Positions 1-14,770 of a DNA stretch of 64,000 nucleotides are shown here, piece by piece. Every line of letters begins with the position of its first letter. The stretch's first letter is position 1. Source of the DNA: Octopus sinensis (taxonomy: Eukaryota); the NCBI RefSeq assembly GCF_006345805.1, contig NC_043000.1, positions 114,514,001-114,578,000 of the forward strand. Direction: 5' to 3'. The notes below the pieces were generated by a model. It made no database searches and was not told the origin of the DNA. It saw only the letters and a program-made list of their open reading frames with translations. The translations under genes and the position numbers were made by a program.

Positions 1-129
1 TTTGCGCATGTTTGTATGTATATGTGCAGTATTTGGAGTCAGTGCATGTGCAGCTTTATATGTTTTGTTTTATGAATGTATTCTCATGCATATAGTTGCA
101 TGTCTAGACATTCACATATATACTTAAAT

Positions 130-1245
130 GCTAAATTTCTGGTTTTGCGAAGCGTAATTTCTCAAGATTGGTATTTAGGTAGTGTGTTACATATCCCAGT
201 GCCCCAATAATTACAGGTAGAAACCAGAATTTGTAATCTGGATAGAGTAACGGCAAATTTCCCAATAGTTCGGTGTAGGTATATTCTTTTTCATTGATCT
301 TTGTCTTTATGGAACATCCGCAGAGCAGCTGATTTCCACAACTGGACAGTTTCTCTTTTTAGTCCCAAATCACTATGTCTGGTCTATTGTGTTTACATTT
401 TATTGAGTTTTGCATTGGGGCATTCCACCAGTACTTCTTATTATGGGTGGTTATAGCCTCTACCATGCTGTGGTTCTTATGTCTTTGGCCCCAGGAATAT
501 CCTTCCGACGGATCTCATTATACAGCATCTTGGCTACATCATGTGTCATCGGTGGATAACAGCGCAATGACATTTTTGGACAATTGCTTATGATATGGGT
601 GATATCTTCGGTGTTAACTCCACAAAGTCTGCACCGGTTATCACATTTTGGTGTTTTTCCTGCATGTCTGTCCTTTTCGCGCATCAGGTATTTGGTTGAT
701 ATTTCCCGCTCCTGGATTGCAAACGCATACCCTACAAAGTGGGAGTTACTAATCTGGTTGATAGACTGCTTTGATTATCAATGCTTACTATCAACCCGGA
801 GCTTTACTGCTGACATATCCATGCATGGTTTTCTGCTGATATACGTTCATTCTTTCAGCAAATGATACATTCTTGTAGAGTCATGTGACTTCTTTGGAGA
901 TGAATTCACGATTGTTAGACAAGGAATGTTGCTCGAAGAGCTGCTTTCAAAGTCACGTGGTGTTATCTGCCTGATGTTTGCAAACTTAATCAAGAAATGC
1001 ACTCCGACACTTGATGGTTAAAAGATGTTGCCGAAGGGATATATGACATTCAAGGCAGTTTGGATCGATGATAAGCCTACGCCTCTTTTCATTTTAGTCA
1101 ACGGCAATGTGCGTCGCTGTTGATGTGGAAATTATATGCGCTGGTTACTCTCTCCCGGATCTTCAGATCAATGGCTCGGATCTCATCAAGCGTCCAGTCA
1201 AGTAACCCACATACTGGTATGAGTACTTGTACAGCAAACACATTG
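130..1245 (-). mobile_element. Decayed R4/Dong-like non-LTR retrotransposon fragment (post-RT region, CCHC knuckle, RLE)
   Basis: Broken frames give AVQVLIPVCGLLDWTLDEIRAIDLKIR, CRLCGVNTEDITHIISNC, HNRPDIVIWD and VVEISC. Confidence 0.85.
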
Positions 1246-1529
1246 AATGTATGTATGTATATATGAATGTATGTATGCATATATATACATATATGTATGT
1301 ATGTTTGTATGTGTGCATGTATGCATCTATGTAAATATGTATGTACGAGTGTTTGTGTATGTGAGTGTGTACATACATACACACACATATACATATATAC
1401 ACATTTATGGATATATGTATATGCATTTGTGTGTATATGTGTGTATATACAGACACACTATATACATATTACGTACATACATACATACATACATACATGC
1501 GCGCATGCATACATACAAGTGCGTGTGTG

Positions 1530-2070
1530 TATTTTTTCTCCCCTTCACCCTTTTTGTATCTGTCTCTTTCTCTCCCCTCTTTCTCCTTTTCTCTCTCTTG
1601 TTGCTCACACGTGACCATCGTCTATCTTTCTTTTCCTCACGTGACCATCTTTCTTTTCCTACGCGACGTTCTAAAGACAGGACGTCTTCTAACCCCCTCT
1701 TCTATCTTTTCTGTTTTCAAACAAAATATTTCTTCCAGCATTCATTATTTCCTCCCTCGTTCTGGTCTAAGGACTCTCCATGTTTGTTTTCGTTCGGTTT
1801 CCTTGTACGGCTCCACTGTCCTGTTTTTGTTCCCAACTTTGACCCTCCATAAAATCCAAAATATATTTTGGAAGTTATGGGAACAACTGTCTTCGAAGAC
1901 TCATATTGTCGTTGAAAGCTCGAAATGAGGAGTAGATAGACAGCCGACAACTGACGAAGTGTCGTTCTTTGTGTTACTTGTCCTGTTTTCAATTTTCTTC
2001 TCTCGTTGTTTGCATATTTAACTCGCTTGTTTTCGTATTTGATGTTGTTTACAGTTGCTGACGTCCTGTA
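1530..2070 (+). mobile_element. Penelope-like non-coding repeat fragment, related to 6010-6590
   Basis: Shares cacgtgaccatcg, tttgaccctcc and gctcGAAAtg...acagcc.acaaCTGAnGAag with the reverse complement of 6010-6590. Confidence 0.5.
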
Positions 2071-2078
2071 TCCATATA

Positions 2079-2157
<79 letters not shown>

Positions 2158-2161
<4 letters not shown>

Positions 2162-2359
2162 ATCCAAACATGAAAACACAAAGAGAAAACACAACAATGA
2201 GAGGACGTGGAACAAGTATAGTGTTATTGGACGCTCAGGAAAGGAAAGGAAGAAGGAGGTTTTAATGTTTCGAGCGGAGCTCTTCGTCAGAAACATAGGA
2301 AAATGAAACATCCAAGGAAGGGAAGACGGAGGAAAAAATCGCCAACGATACACACGCGG

Positions 2360-2360
<1 letters not shown>
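2158..2360 (-). mobile_element. HHR-bearing short repeat, family H1 (Penelope-like 3' end)
   Basis: Reverse complement aligns with 19378-19580 and 26560-26755; all end at ...tttggattaac. Confidence 0.75.
2260..2294 (-). ncRNA. Minimal type I hammerhead motif (H1), stem III degenerate
   Basis: guuu CUGACGA a GAGC ucc GCUC GAAA cauu aaaac. Confidence 0.6.
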
Positions 2361-2400
<40 letters not shown>

Positions 2401-2470
2401 ACACACACACCCCACACACCACACACACACACCACACACACACATATATACATATATATATATATATATA

Positions 2471-3618
2471 TGTTAATAAAATAGAATATAGCATATATAA
2501 ACATATATGTACGTACCTACCTCTACATGTACATATACACGCATATATGTGTACAGGACACCAAAAAGACGTCGAACACATAGAGAGACGAAACACATCG
2601 ACACAAACCAGGAACAAGACAAGCAAAAAAAGGGGAGAGATACAGGACAATAAGCACAACGAAAATCCCCTTCTTCAGTCGCTAAGATTTCATCTACTAA
2701 ACGTTTCGAAGGATAAAAGCGAGACGTATACTTCGAAAAAATTCCTTCCCGCGAAAAGCAATCAATAAAATTCTGAGATCTTTTCGCAGAGGGGTAAAAA
2801 AAAAGAGACGGTAACGACAGTACAAACATATAAACAGTAAAAATATATATATAAACAGTGGAAAAATAAATATATAACTGAGAGACAAGACAAGGAGAAC
2901 AAGATAAGAAGGGCTGTTAACGCCAGACGAAAAAAGTATTGTAAACGCTGGATTATCGTGGAAGACAGAGGGAAATTTTGTCAACCAGAACCTTGCAAGG
3001 CGGGAGAGAAAAGACAGGATAGCAGTTACGACGGAAGTATCGTCGCAGATGGATGACGGGAATGGGGGAGGAGGAGCAAGAGGAAGAGAGAGAGAAGAAG
3101 GGGAATGGTGCGAGGAGACCATGAAGAATGGTGAAAGGGAGAGAGAGAATGAAGAATGAGAGAGAGAGGAAGAGACCAGTTAAGTGAGGGAAAAAAAGAC
3201 GAAACAGGGAATGGAGAGAAAGAAAGAAAGATGCAGAGTCGCGTGAGAGTTAATATCAAGGCTAACTTGATAAACAGAAAATCTTACTTAGTAGGGTGCG
3301 TGCGTTTAATCGTATAATATGTTAATAAAATAGAATATATGCATATATATAAACTATATGTACGTACCTACCTCTACAGTACATATACACACGCATATAT
3401 TGGTACAGGACAACCAAAAAGACGTCGAACACATAGAGAGACGAAACACATCGACACAAACCAAGGAACAAGACAAGCAAAAAAAAGGGGAGAGATACAG
3501 GACAATAGCACAACGAAAATCCCCTTCTTCAGTCGCTAAGATTTCATCTACGAAACGTTTCGAAGGATAAAAGCGAGACGTATACTTCGAAGAAAAATTC
3601 CTTCCCGCGAAAAGCAAA
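2471..3618 (-). mobile_element. Element with ~295-bp direct repeats (2471-2760, 3321-3618; 850-bp period), Penelope pLTR/retrozyme-like, family H2
   Basis: Near-identical repeats, each with GAAAcguu...CUGAAGA on the minus strand. A third partial copy lies at 12248-12500. Confidence 0.7.
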
Positions 3619-3934
3619 TCACACACATACACTAGACAGGTTTTATTGATATAAAGTCAATAAAGACAGAGAAGAAAGGAAACGTATGCAGTGCTTAAGC
3701 TACTGTGCATGACGTGTTGTGACGTAAACTGGGACTTATTTGTAATATGAATGATTAAATATATCTCCTATCATAGAGAACGATTCTATCAAAGATGGAA
3801 GGAAGTTAAACACTCAACGAAGCAAAAACAAGTTTAACCTCCGCTGTAACCTCTTAGCAGTCGTGTTGATAGATGTACAACAGCTTCAGTGATAACAGAT
3901 TGAAAGGATATGAAGAGGAGAAAAGCGCAACTTC

Positions 3935-4026
<92 letters not shown>

Positions 4027-4059
4027 CCCACTTACCTACCTACCTACCTACCTACCTAC

Positions 4060-4121
<62 letters not shown>

Positions 4122-4469
4122 GTCTGTCTCTCCCTCTCTCTCTCCCTCTGTCTCTCCCTCTCTCTCTCCCTCTGGTTCTGTCTCTCTCTGTCTGTCTCTC
4201 TCTATATATATCTATTTATCTATTTGTCTATCTATCTATCTATCTATCTATCTACCTATCTATCTATTTATCTATCTGTCGCTCTCTCTCCCCTTCTCTT
4301 TCTCTCTCTCTCTCTCTATCTGTCTGTCTGTCTGACTGTCTCTCTGTCACTCTCTCTCTCTCTCTCTCTCTCTGCCTGCCTGTCTGTCTGCCTGTCTGTC
4401 TATCTGTCTGTCTGTCTGTCTGTCTATCTGTCTGAGTGTCTGTCTATTTGTCTATCTGTCTGTCTATCT

Positions 4470-4830
4470 ATTGACTCCAGTACTTGACTGGTACTTAATT
4501 TATCTACCTCGAAAGAGTGAAAGGCATAGTCGACCACGACGGAATTTAAACTCAGAATGTAAAGACGGACGAAATACCGCTAAATGTTTTGTCCGGCATG
4601 TTAATGATTCTGCCAGCTCGCCGCTTTATAAGAATAATTTAGGCACAAGACTAGTAATTTCAGGCGAAGGGGCCAAGTTAATTACATCGACCAAAGTATT
4701 CAACTGGTACTTATTTAATCGACCCCCGAAAGGATGAAAGGCAAAGTCGACTTCGGCGGAATTTGAACTCAGAACTTAAAGACGGACGCAATACAGCTAA
4801 GCATCCTGCCCAAGGAGCTATCGATTCTGC
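4470..4830 (-). mobile_element. SINE family B, two decayed tandem units
   Basis: Reverse complement of ttctgagttcaaattccgccgaggtcgactttgcctttcatcctttcggggtcgat present twice. Confidence 0.8.
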
Positions 4831-4941
4831 AACCTTTAAGGGTGTGGGTGGGGAAGGTAAAATAATAATAATAATAATAACGATAATTACAATAATAATA
4901 ATAATCTTCCTCCTCCTCTTCTTCTTCTTCTTCTTCTTCTT

Positions 4942-5016
<75 letters not shown>

Positions 5017-5086
5017 GGTAGTAGTAGAAGTAGTAGTGGTAGTGGAGGTAGTAGTAGTAGTTGTAGTAGTAGTAGTAGTGGTGGTA

Positions 5087-5128
<42 letters not shown>

Positions 5129-5350
5129 ACAACAACAACAACAGCAGCAGCAGCAGCAGCAGCAACAACAACGACAAAAACCAACAAATTCTGAGATGGT
5201 TTCTAAGAAAGACTATCTGGTATATCAGTTAAGTGAAAGCCAAAAGCGATGAAGAGCTAGCAAGGGAGATAAATGAATATCAACGGATTTCGGAGTTAAT
5301 CCCTTTTCCTCCCCCCGAAATGATTATATCTATTTGTACTTGTTAAGTAG

Positions 5351-5383
<33 letters not shown>

Positions 5384-5385
5384 TA

Positions 5386-5449
<64 letters not shown>

Positions 5450-5885
5450 GTGTGTGTATGTATGTATGTTTGTATGCATGTATGTATGCATGTATGTATG
5501 TATGTATATATGTATGTATGTATGTTGCATGCGTGTATGTAAATATATATAATGCTTACGTACATGTATGTATTTTTTAAAAAATTGTATGGTTGAACAC
5601 CACATGCACCCATGCATATACACTTAGTACTCTGTATGTCCGTATTCGGCTACACACACACACACACACACATATATACATACATGCATAATACATACAT
5701 ACATATGTATATACATACTTACATATACATATATGCATACATACACATATACGTATGTAGGTGTCGAAATTGTTATGATATTTGGTTGGTAACTGATGAA
5801 TACATATATATATACATATATATATATAAATATATATGCATATATACATACGTATATGTGCATACTTACATCTATACACACACAT

Positions 5886-5988
<103 letters not shown>

Positions 5989-6009
5989 ATATATATATAA
6001 ATACACATA

Positions 6010-6589
6010 TGTGGGCACAGGACGTCACGAAACCTGTACAACAAAAAAATTCGAAGTACAAGTACGTGGAACATGAACTATTCTTTCGAACAAGGAAAGG
6101 CACAAACGGGAAACAAAACAAACAACACAATGAACGATCCTTCATCAGTTGTTGGCTGTGTTACTAGTCTCGCATTTCGAGCATTTTACAACAATATACG
6201 CCTTCGATAAAACAGTTGCTCCCGCAAAGCAAATTAAATAAAATTTAGGATTTTGCGGAGGGTCAAAATAGGTAACGCAAACAGGATGGGCTGCTAAGCC
6301 TAAACGAGGTTGTGGTGGCGAACGCGTAATTCAAGCTAAGACAGGAGACAAACAATAACACGTCTTCCTTGTTCCAGCCACAAAGGAGAGAAAGAAAGAA
6401 ATATGACCGATGGTCACGTGGGAGCCACGTAAGAAAAGGAGGAGTAGAGTAACAGAATAATAGGATAGAATAGTGGGAGAAGAGGAGGTAAAGGAATAAG
6501 GGAGAGAGAGAAAAAGAGAGAAAAAAGAAAGAGTGAAAAAATCGTATAGAGTGCTCATCAGAATGATTAAGATAAAAACTTACCAGGAA

Positions 6590-6590
<1 letters not shown>
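6010..6590 (-). mobile_element. Penelope-like non-coding repeat fragment
   Basis: Similar to 1530-2070 in the opposite orientation; contains GAAA...CTGATGAagg on the minus strand. Confidence 0.5.
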
Positions 6591-6640
<50 letters not shown>

Positions 6641-6911
6641 TACAGACAGACACACACAAATGTGTGTGTTTATATACACCTCGTTGTGTCTGTGCATTTG
6701 TTTCCGCGCCATTCTGTTCGACTGTACACATATGCATATGTAAATTTATGCGTTCATATCTGTGTAATGCATGCTCGATGGTGCATATTTGTGTTCGTGT
6801 CCGGTGGCAATGTTAGCTCGAAATATATTATCTAGCTTTTGACATACGTATTTATTTATCTCCCTTGCTAGAATTCCTTCATTTCCGGCTTCCGATTAAT
6901 TGACACACCTG

Positions 6912-6956
<45 letters not shown>

Positions 6957-6993
6957 TAATAATAATAATAATAATATAATAATAATAATAATG

Positions 6994-7064
<71 letters not shown>

Positions 7065-7523
7065 TCTATTTTATCTTATATTTCCTTTCAAATGTATGAG
7101 ATATCTTCCACATCAAAATATAAAGTTACAGCCTTTTCCCTTAGCATCATTAACCCTTATACCCTGCCAACATACCCTGGTTACATATCCCTTACATCAC
7201 GCCACTAAATGGATTTATTAAGACATTATGTTCTTTTTCTTTATTCTTTCCCACTTATACCACGTTTCTGATCTTTCTATGCAATTCGGTCTAAATATTG
7301 GCAATATTATTTTGTCACTCTGTATTTCGGTCATTTGAAAATTTTTGTTCTCCTGTCCATGAGGTTCTATGTATGTATGTATGTATGTATGTATGTGTGT
7401 ATGTATGTATGTATGTATGTATGTATGTTATGTATGCATGTATGTATGTATGTATGTATGTATGCATGCCATGCATGTATGTATGTATGTATGTATGTAT
7501 GTATGTATGTATGTATGTATGTA

Positions 7524-7558
<35 letters not shown>

Positions 7559-7699
7559 ATGTATGTGTATGTATGTATGTATGTATGTATGTTTGTTTGT
7601 ATGTATGTATGTATGTATGTATGTATGTATGTATGCATGCATGTATGCCATTATTCAGTGTTACTGAAGATGTGGTACTTCTCTGCAATTCACTCTTTG

Positions 7700-7990
7700 C
7701 ATAGATGCTAAATTTAACTATGAAATGGACTTTCCGACGACACTATTTTATTGGAGTTAGGTGAAATTATTTTGAATTTCCAGATATACTGTGACAGAGA
7801 AGTTGTATTAATTCTGTCTCTAGGACTTAATGAAATTATTAGTTGTGTTTACTGTGTTTGAAAGTATTTTCTGTAAGCCCTATATACGCCATTTCAACAT
7901 CTCCTACTGTTGTACTGTGGGTTATGAAGAACAAGAAACTCCTGGTTAGTTTTGAAGTAACATATACACTCTATGGCGATGATTTTTCAT
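7700..7990 (-). mobile_element. Decayed Penelope-like GIY-YIG endonuclease fragment
   Basis: Minus-strand translation gives AYIGLTENTFKH and NTTSLSQYIWKFK, parallel to 20930-21260. Confidence 0.55.
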
Positions 7991-8662
7991 TTGTTATGTT
8001 AGCTGCATTTTTTTTTTTGTGTTTAACATACTTCACTTTTTTCACTTTTGATCTCAATTGCAATAATATAATTAAACCTGCAGAACTAGCTTCTAAGTGT
8101 GTTTTTCATTAACCGTCCCGCCAACCGACCAGCAATTCTAACAACTAATTTATCCATCTATCCAACTTCAGTCTAACTATACCCAACCGATTCACCATTT
8201 TACCGTCGTACTCCCTCAGTTTTCCATCATTTCACCATTGCATCATATTACCAAGTGAATTATCCAATCATTTAGACAAACATACAGTTATGGAGAAACA
8301 GTACGTGCAAAGTAACCGAAGTAATAGTATAACAACGGAGGAACTACTATGGGTTGGACCGACTGCTAAAAATGACAACCGAATTTCCCTCAAATAACAG
8401 CTTAAATGAAGAACATATAGAATAACGTAGTCCAAGATACACTATGTCGATCTTGACTGCTGGAGAATCGTCGGACTTTCAAATTTAGAAATATGAAAGT
8501 CTTAATGAGTAAATTCTCATGAATAGTTTGGCTGCAGCTGTTCTTCAACGCCAAATTCACGAATGGCTGTTGTTGATTGCAGTCTCAGCTGGAAGATAGT
8601 CGTGTAAGAAGCAGGACAATGGTATTGAACACTCCTCAGGGATATGTCTTGCTATAGTCTCC

Positions 8663-8923
8663 CTGCGTGTTGTGTTCTCGAGCAAGACACTTTATTTCAC
8701 GTTGCTCCAGTTCACTCAGCTGTAGAAATGAGTTGCGACCTCACAGGTACCAAGCTGTATTGGCCTTTGTCTTTCCCTTGGATAACACTGGTGGCGTGGA
8801 GAGAGGAGGCTGGTATGCATGGGCGACTGCTGGCCTTCCATGAACAACCTTGCCCGGACTTGTGTCTAGGAGGGTAACTTTCTAGGTGCAATCCCATGGT
8901 CATTCATGACCGAAGGGGGTCTT
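8663..8923 (+). mobile_element. SINE family C, 5'-truncated
   Basis: Matches the reverse complement of the full copy at 44125-44466. Confidence 0.85.
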
Positions 8924-9522
8924 TAGTCTCCCCGCCACCGTAGTAAATCAACAAAATGGAGGAATGTTATTGTTGTGTTGTGCAGAAAAGAGTCAATTAA
9001 CGCCACAGAATCATAGAAAGTTGTTCTCTGGGTTTTGGTGGTGCCGCATTTTAGATTCTTCAATTGACACAGACCCAAACTACTGGATTCTCATTTCTTT
9101 TCATTGATTTCTGCTCGAACAGAGCCCAGTTGTCATGCCTGAACTTGAGATGTTATTCCTCATCTCACCCTCCTGTACTCTATTTCCAGGGTCAGTATTC
9201 TCAGCATTCCAATTCCCGGAAAATCTCCTCCACCTTCGTTCATCTAACTTCTTTTATAAAACACAAAACAGTGATGGCGTTTTTCTCGCAGGTTGCTTTC
9301 TGGTTACTTTTCATCTCCTTTCTCAGGCGACACTTACCCGTTTACGTGAAGGACAAGTAGACCGTCACATTTTCGCGTAGCATAATCAATTTCGTGCAGG
9401 ACAATCTCCAGAGTCAAGAATACAATAAATGTGATTCTGATTCTTCAACGTTCGATTCTCACTTTCGTTAGCCATCATCTCTTCGTTTCGTTTTTTTTTT
9501 TATTAATTCTCTATATTATTTA

Positions 9523-9921
9523 CTAGCAGTATCGCCCGGCGTTGCTCGGGCTTGTTTTCTTTTAACCCCTTTAGAATTGGAATTTTTGAAAAGTAAAAAT
9601 TTTGCATTATGTAGCTTGTTATTCTCTTTGAGTGAACATTTTTCTGGTTGAAATACACCGAAAAACGGCAACACAGCACTCAAAAAATCGTAAAAAATAG
9701 GGATTTTCCTAGAAAAAAAAGCACCTTTTTGATGTAAATAATTTTTGGTGTTAACATGGTCCGATTTGAACTTTTTCTTCTACGGAAGGAAGAGCAAGTC
9801 TTCTTCTATCATACTCTCAATTTTAGTCAACTTGCGCCGCAGGGTCTCGGAGGAGATAGTGTTAGTTGAAGGCTACCAAACCTGCCATACACAGACAACT
9901 TCAGCTTTATATATATAGAGA
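9523..9921 (-). mobile_element. Non-autonomous Helitron
   Basis: Minus strand starts TC, ends cccgagcaacgccggg hairpin + cgatactgCTAG, and sits between A and T. Second copy at 28047-28438. Confidence 0.9.
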
Positions 9922-10223
9922 TAAGGCAATCAAATAAAACACTAATCTCAGATCATTGCCAAAGGAATCATAATCTGGCAAAAACTTTAGAGATCATTCC
10001 TCCTACATTCTTCGACATGAGAATAAGGTCCCGGTAAAACAACTTGAGTATTAAATTGTGCTCCCATGTTGAGCCTTCATCAGCAGAAAAACCAACAACT
10101 GTTTACTCTGCCTGTCTATCTGTCTGTCAGTCGGCCATCCGTCCATTCGCCTGTCTCCATGTCAGTCTGTGTATAGGCTCACACTCACACACATACATGT
10201 ATGTGTATGTAAGCGTATATGCA

Positions 10224-10488
10224 CAGTAATCCTTTGCCATATCACGGTTCACCTATCGCGGCTCACCTATCGCAGTTCACCTATCGCGGTTCATCTATCG
10301 CGGTTTATTATTTAAGCTCACGCCGATTCCTCCGTGGTGTTCTTTTGCATTTATAATAAAATAAATATATACAAATTATGAAAATAATAAAAAAGAATAT
10401 ACACTACAGTACTGTTTCTATTTCGCGGATTTTCATCTATCGCGGGGGGTTCTGGAACGTAACACCTGCAATAGTCGAGGGATTATTG
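10224..10488. mobile_element. Tigger/pogo-like MITE
   Basis: Imperfect TIRs cagtaatcc.. / ..gggattattg followed by TA; internal 14-bp tandem gttcacctatcgcg. Confidence 0.65.
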
Positions 10489-10552
10489 TATATATGTATG
10501 TATATGTATATATGTATGTGTGTGCGTGTGCGCGCATATGTATATGTATGTT

Positions 10553-10596
<44 letters not shown>

Positions 10597-10872
10597 TGTG
10601 TGTAGTGAATTCCTTTGCTCTGGCTATGCTCAGCATTCTAGTTTTCAAACAACGAAATTCCTAATTAGTGCAATTAGCGTTTAAGTAGCTGACTCGACCT
10701 TTGAATTGCAGTCATAGTCGAGAGAGTAAGAGGGATCGAACTCAGAACAATGAAAAATAAAACTGACCTCGGAGCAACTGGAACTCAGAGCCCAGTGAAC
10801 CGTAGCGAATAATATCGGAGGAAATGGTTCATTCCGACGGCGTTTCAACGAATTTGTTAAACCACCACAGGT

Positions 10873-10907
<35 letters not shown>

Positions 10908-11202
10908 TGTGTGTGTATGTGTGTGTGTATGTGTGTGTTTTGTGTGTGTGTGTGTGTGTGTCTGTGTGTCTGTGTGCAGTCTGTAATATAAATGATTATA
11001 CATAATACATACATATATATATATATATATGCAGGTATGGCTCTCTGGTGAGATGTTTTCTTCTCGACACATGGTTCCGGATTCTTCTACTATAGCCTCG
11101 GGCTGACCAAAGCCGACATATGTGTGTGTGTGTGTGTATGTGTGCGCGCACGCGTATGTGTGTACACATATGACTATATGTATGATTTATACACACACAC
11201 AC

Positions 11203-11245
<43 letters not shown>

Positions 11246-11855
11246 ACACAAACACGCATACACAGAGGCGTGCGCGTTAATGCTGTAAGCCAACATGTAC
11301 GGGACATTTCCACACCCGTGTTAGCGAAATGCCATCAGCAATACGTAAAGCAGGTGCAATAGACAACAACTGCAGCACCATCAGCACCATCAGCAGTAGC
11401 AGCAGTAATAAGGGAAGGGGTTGCTAGAACTAAGGTAAAAAAAACTTCTATAGCCGCTGCTGCTGTCGCTGTTGCTGCTGACTATAAGAATGAGTTTGTA
11501 GGTTGGCTGTGTTTAGTGTGTGAGTTGTTCTAACTAGTTGAAGTAGTCTGTTCCTGGACCATCATCTCATCCGCGGCAGACCAGAATGGTAAGTACCGGG
11601 ACTTTAGCATTTATTGTTTGTGTGTTACAGACATTTCACTGCAGTCATCCCGGGGCACTGCCTTGAAGGGTTTTAGTCGAACATATCCACCCCGAGATTT
11701 ATTTTTATGTCGGGTGTTGTGTTTTATTAGGGTCTTGGGACAAAGTGGTATGTTACGGGGAATTGCATAAATATATACATACACCGAATGTATAATATAT
11801 GCATTATATATAATATATGATATATATAAATATATATATATATGTATATACATAC

Positions 11856-11909
<54 letters not shown>

Positions 11910-12200
11910 TAAATACACAGGTATACATAAAAACGTATACATAAACCACATGCACACATACACACATATAAAATATACTTACATAAATATGCACACGCAA
12001 AAATTTGTAATTATAAGTATAATTTAATTATGCTTATAATATAGAATTTTGCATAAAGTACCGATAATGGTTCTTTTAACACACCGAAACTACTTGGTAA
12101 AATGATTAATTATTAATTGATTAATTAATTTACCTTTCATATTATTGATAAATATGCAGATATGTATAAAATAATATACGCAGACATACAAAAATATAGA

Positions 12201-12238
<38 letters not shown>

Positions 12239-12247
12239 TATATATAT

Positions 12248-12497
12248 GTTAATAAAATAGAATATATGCATATATATAAACATATATGTACGTACCTACC
12301 TCTACATGTACATATACACGCATATATGTGTACAGGACACCAAAAAGACGTCGAACACATAGAGAGACGAAACACATAGACACAAAACCAAGGAACAAGA
12401 ACAGCAAAAAAAGGGAGCGATACAGGACAATAGCACAACGAAAAATCCCTTCTTCAGTCGCTAAGATTCATCTACTAAACGTTTAGAGGATAAAAGC

Positions 12498-12500
<3 letters not shown>
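12248..12500 (-). mobile_element. Third, truncated copy of family H2 repeat
   Basis: High identity to 2471-2720 and 3321-3575. Confidence 0.8.
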
Positions 12501-12541
<41 letters not shown>

Positions 12542-12995
12542 GCATGCACATTATATACATGTATACAAACATATATACATGCAATTACTGACACATGCTA
12601 CATATACACACACACATACACATATGCACATGCTTGCACAAATATACTTACACACATACATACACACACACGTACGCTCACACGTAATTATACACACATG
12701 CATATATACACACACATAGTTATATACACATACGCACGCACCTGATCATTCTTGCTCATTATTCTCACTGTTGTTGCTGTTGTTGGTGTTGTTGTTGTTC
12801 CTCAGTCCTATATCTGCCCTAATCATGCAGACTTATAATACTGGTTTTTCCGATCGTCGCCATCCCCTCTATTTAAAGTCATGTAGGGCTGCACTTTGTA
12901 ATGGGCTCGCACCTTAGTCAAAACGGGAGGGTGTGATTTGAGGAAGATTTAGCTGCTATTACTGATGTTACTGCTGTTACTGCTGCTGCTGTTGT

Positions 12996-13201
12996 TGTTG
13001 TTGTTAAGCAACAAGACGGGTAAGGGTGATTAGGTGATGGTCTAGGGCTTAGGGGCGGGAGACCCCGGACCTCGGAAAAAAAAAACTTTGGTCGTTTTGA
13101 TGTAGTCGAGGGCTCTTCGTTGACGCCCGACACCACTGGGAGAGGTGGCCCTTGAAGTCGCTGGAAATGGAGATCTCCAGGTCCAAATTCTTGGACCGCT
13201 G
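12996..13201. repeat. Unclassified ~200-bp GC-rich dispersed repeat in GTT/GCT tracts
   Basis: Second copy at 40298-40501 with the same boundaries. Confidence 0.75.
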
Positions 13202-13279
13202 CTGTTGCAGCTGCCGGTCCTGTCATAGTTGTTGTTGCTGTTATGATGTCTAGTCAGAAAGAAAGAGATAGATAGATAA

Positions 13280-13321
<42 letters not shown>

Positions 13322-13594
13322 AATCAAATAATTATAATAGGGATTTTTCATTATTTTATCATCCTTTTTTCTTTTATTTTTTCCTTCCTTCCTTCCTTTC
13401 TACCATCCTTCCTTCCTAAATACTGACAAATATATTTTTATACAAGAAGCGGAATCAGCTTTACTAACGGGCAATTCTTCGCAGTTCGGACCAAAGATAA
13501 ACCTGTAAGTCGTCTTAATGAAGTTTTAACACGCCCTCCTTTCTCTCACTCACCCTCTTTCCACTATACCCTCGTCTCTCTTTCTCTCTATCTG

Positions 13595-13647
<53 letters not shown>

Positions 13648-13744
13648 CGTGTATGTATGTAAGTATATATGAATATATGTCTCTACATGTATATCTTTAC
13701 CTACCTACTTATCTACCTACCTTTACCTACTTAGTATATATATA

Positions 13745-13778
<34 letters not shown>

Positions 13779-13849
13779 GCTATCTATCTATCTATCTATC
13801 TTCTATCTATCTATCTATCTATCTATCATCTATCTGTTCTTTTTCTCAC

Positions 13850-13992
13850 GATCCCTTTGACCGGAATTTTATTTTCTCTTTTTTTTCTATTTTCGAAAAG
13901 AAAGCTCTACATTGTATTTTTGTCCCGTCTGTGTTCGGTCTGTGGGCTAATAAAGAAACTTATCTATCTATTATCTATATCTGATCTCTTCT

Positions 13993-14025
<33 letters not shown>

Positions 14026-14732
14026 ATAAAAAGAAATATAACATGTGACTTCATTGACCGAGGTTACCGTGGTCTTTTCCGTAGGTTTTTCTTTCCACGG
14101 GTAAACCTCACCTGTCCTCCCCTTTACACTTCATATTGACATTTCTGTGATTACGATCCCTATTGATCAACTTTTTTTCCTCTCCCCTTTTCTTTCCCCC
14201 CCTTTTTAAAAAAAAAAAATCCTCCCCTTTTTTTGTCCTCTTTCTTTCTTTTTATGATCCCTTTTGATCGAAAACCAACCCCCTTTTTTTTTACCCCCAA
14301 AAGAAAAGCTCTACCTTGTAATTTGTTCTGTCTGTGTGCAGCCCTGTGTGGCTAATAAAGAAACATATCTATCTATCTATCCATGTATCTATCTACATCT
14401 TTCTATATAGAAACAGATATATAATATAATATATAATATATACATAGATATATAAATAAGCATATATGTATATCTATCTATAGTGTGCATGTGGGTATCT
14501 GTGTGCAAGTGTGTGTGCATGTTTGAGCAGAGATAAATAGATAGTTACACAGATAGCCATGGAAATGCACACATATATATAAACGTACGCATATAAATAT
14601 TTGTTAGATTTCCTTGATAATAAATATATATGTGAATATGAGTTTGAGGTGTGATGTGGTTGCAGATGTGTAAAATAACGGTGCAAGAGCGTGCATCTAT
14701 GCATGTGTACGTGTATGCGTATGCTTATGTGT

Positions 14733-14770
<38 letters not shown>

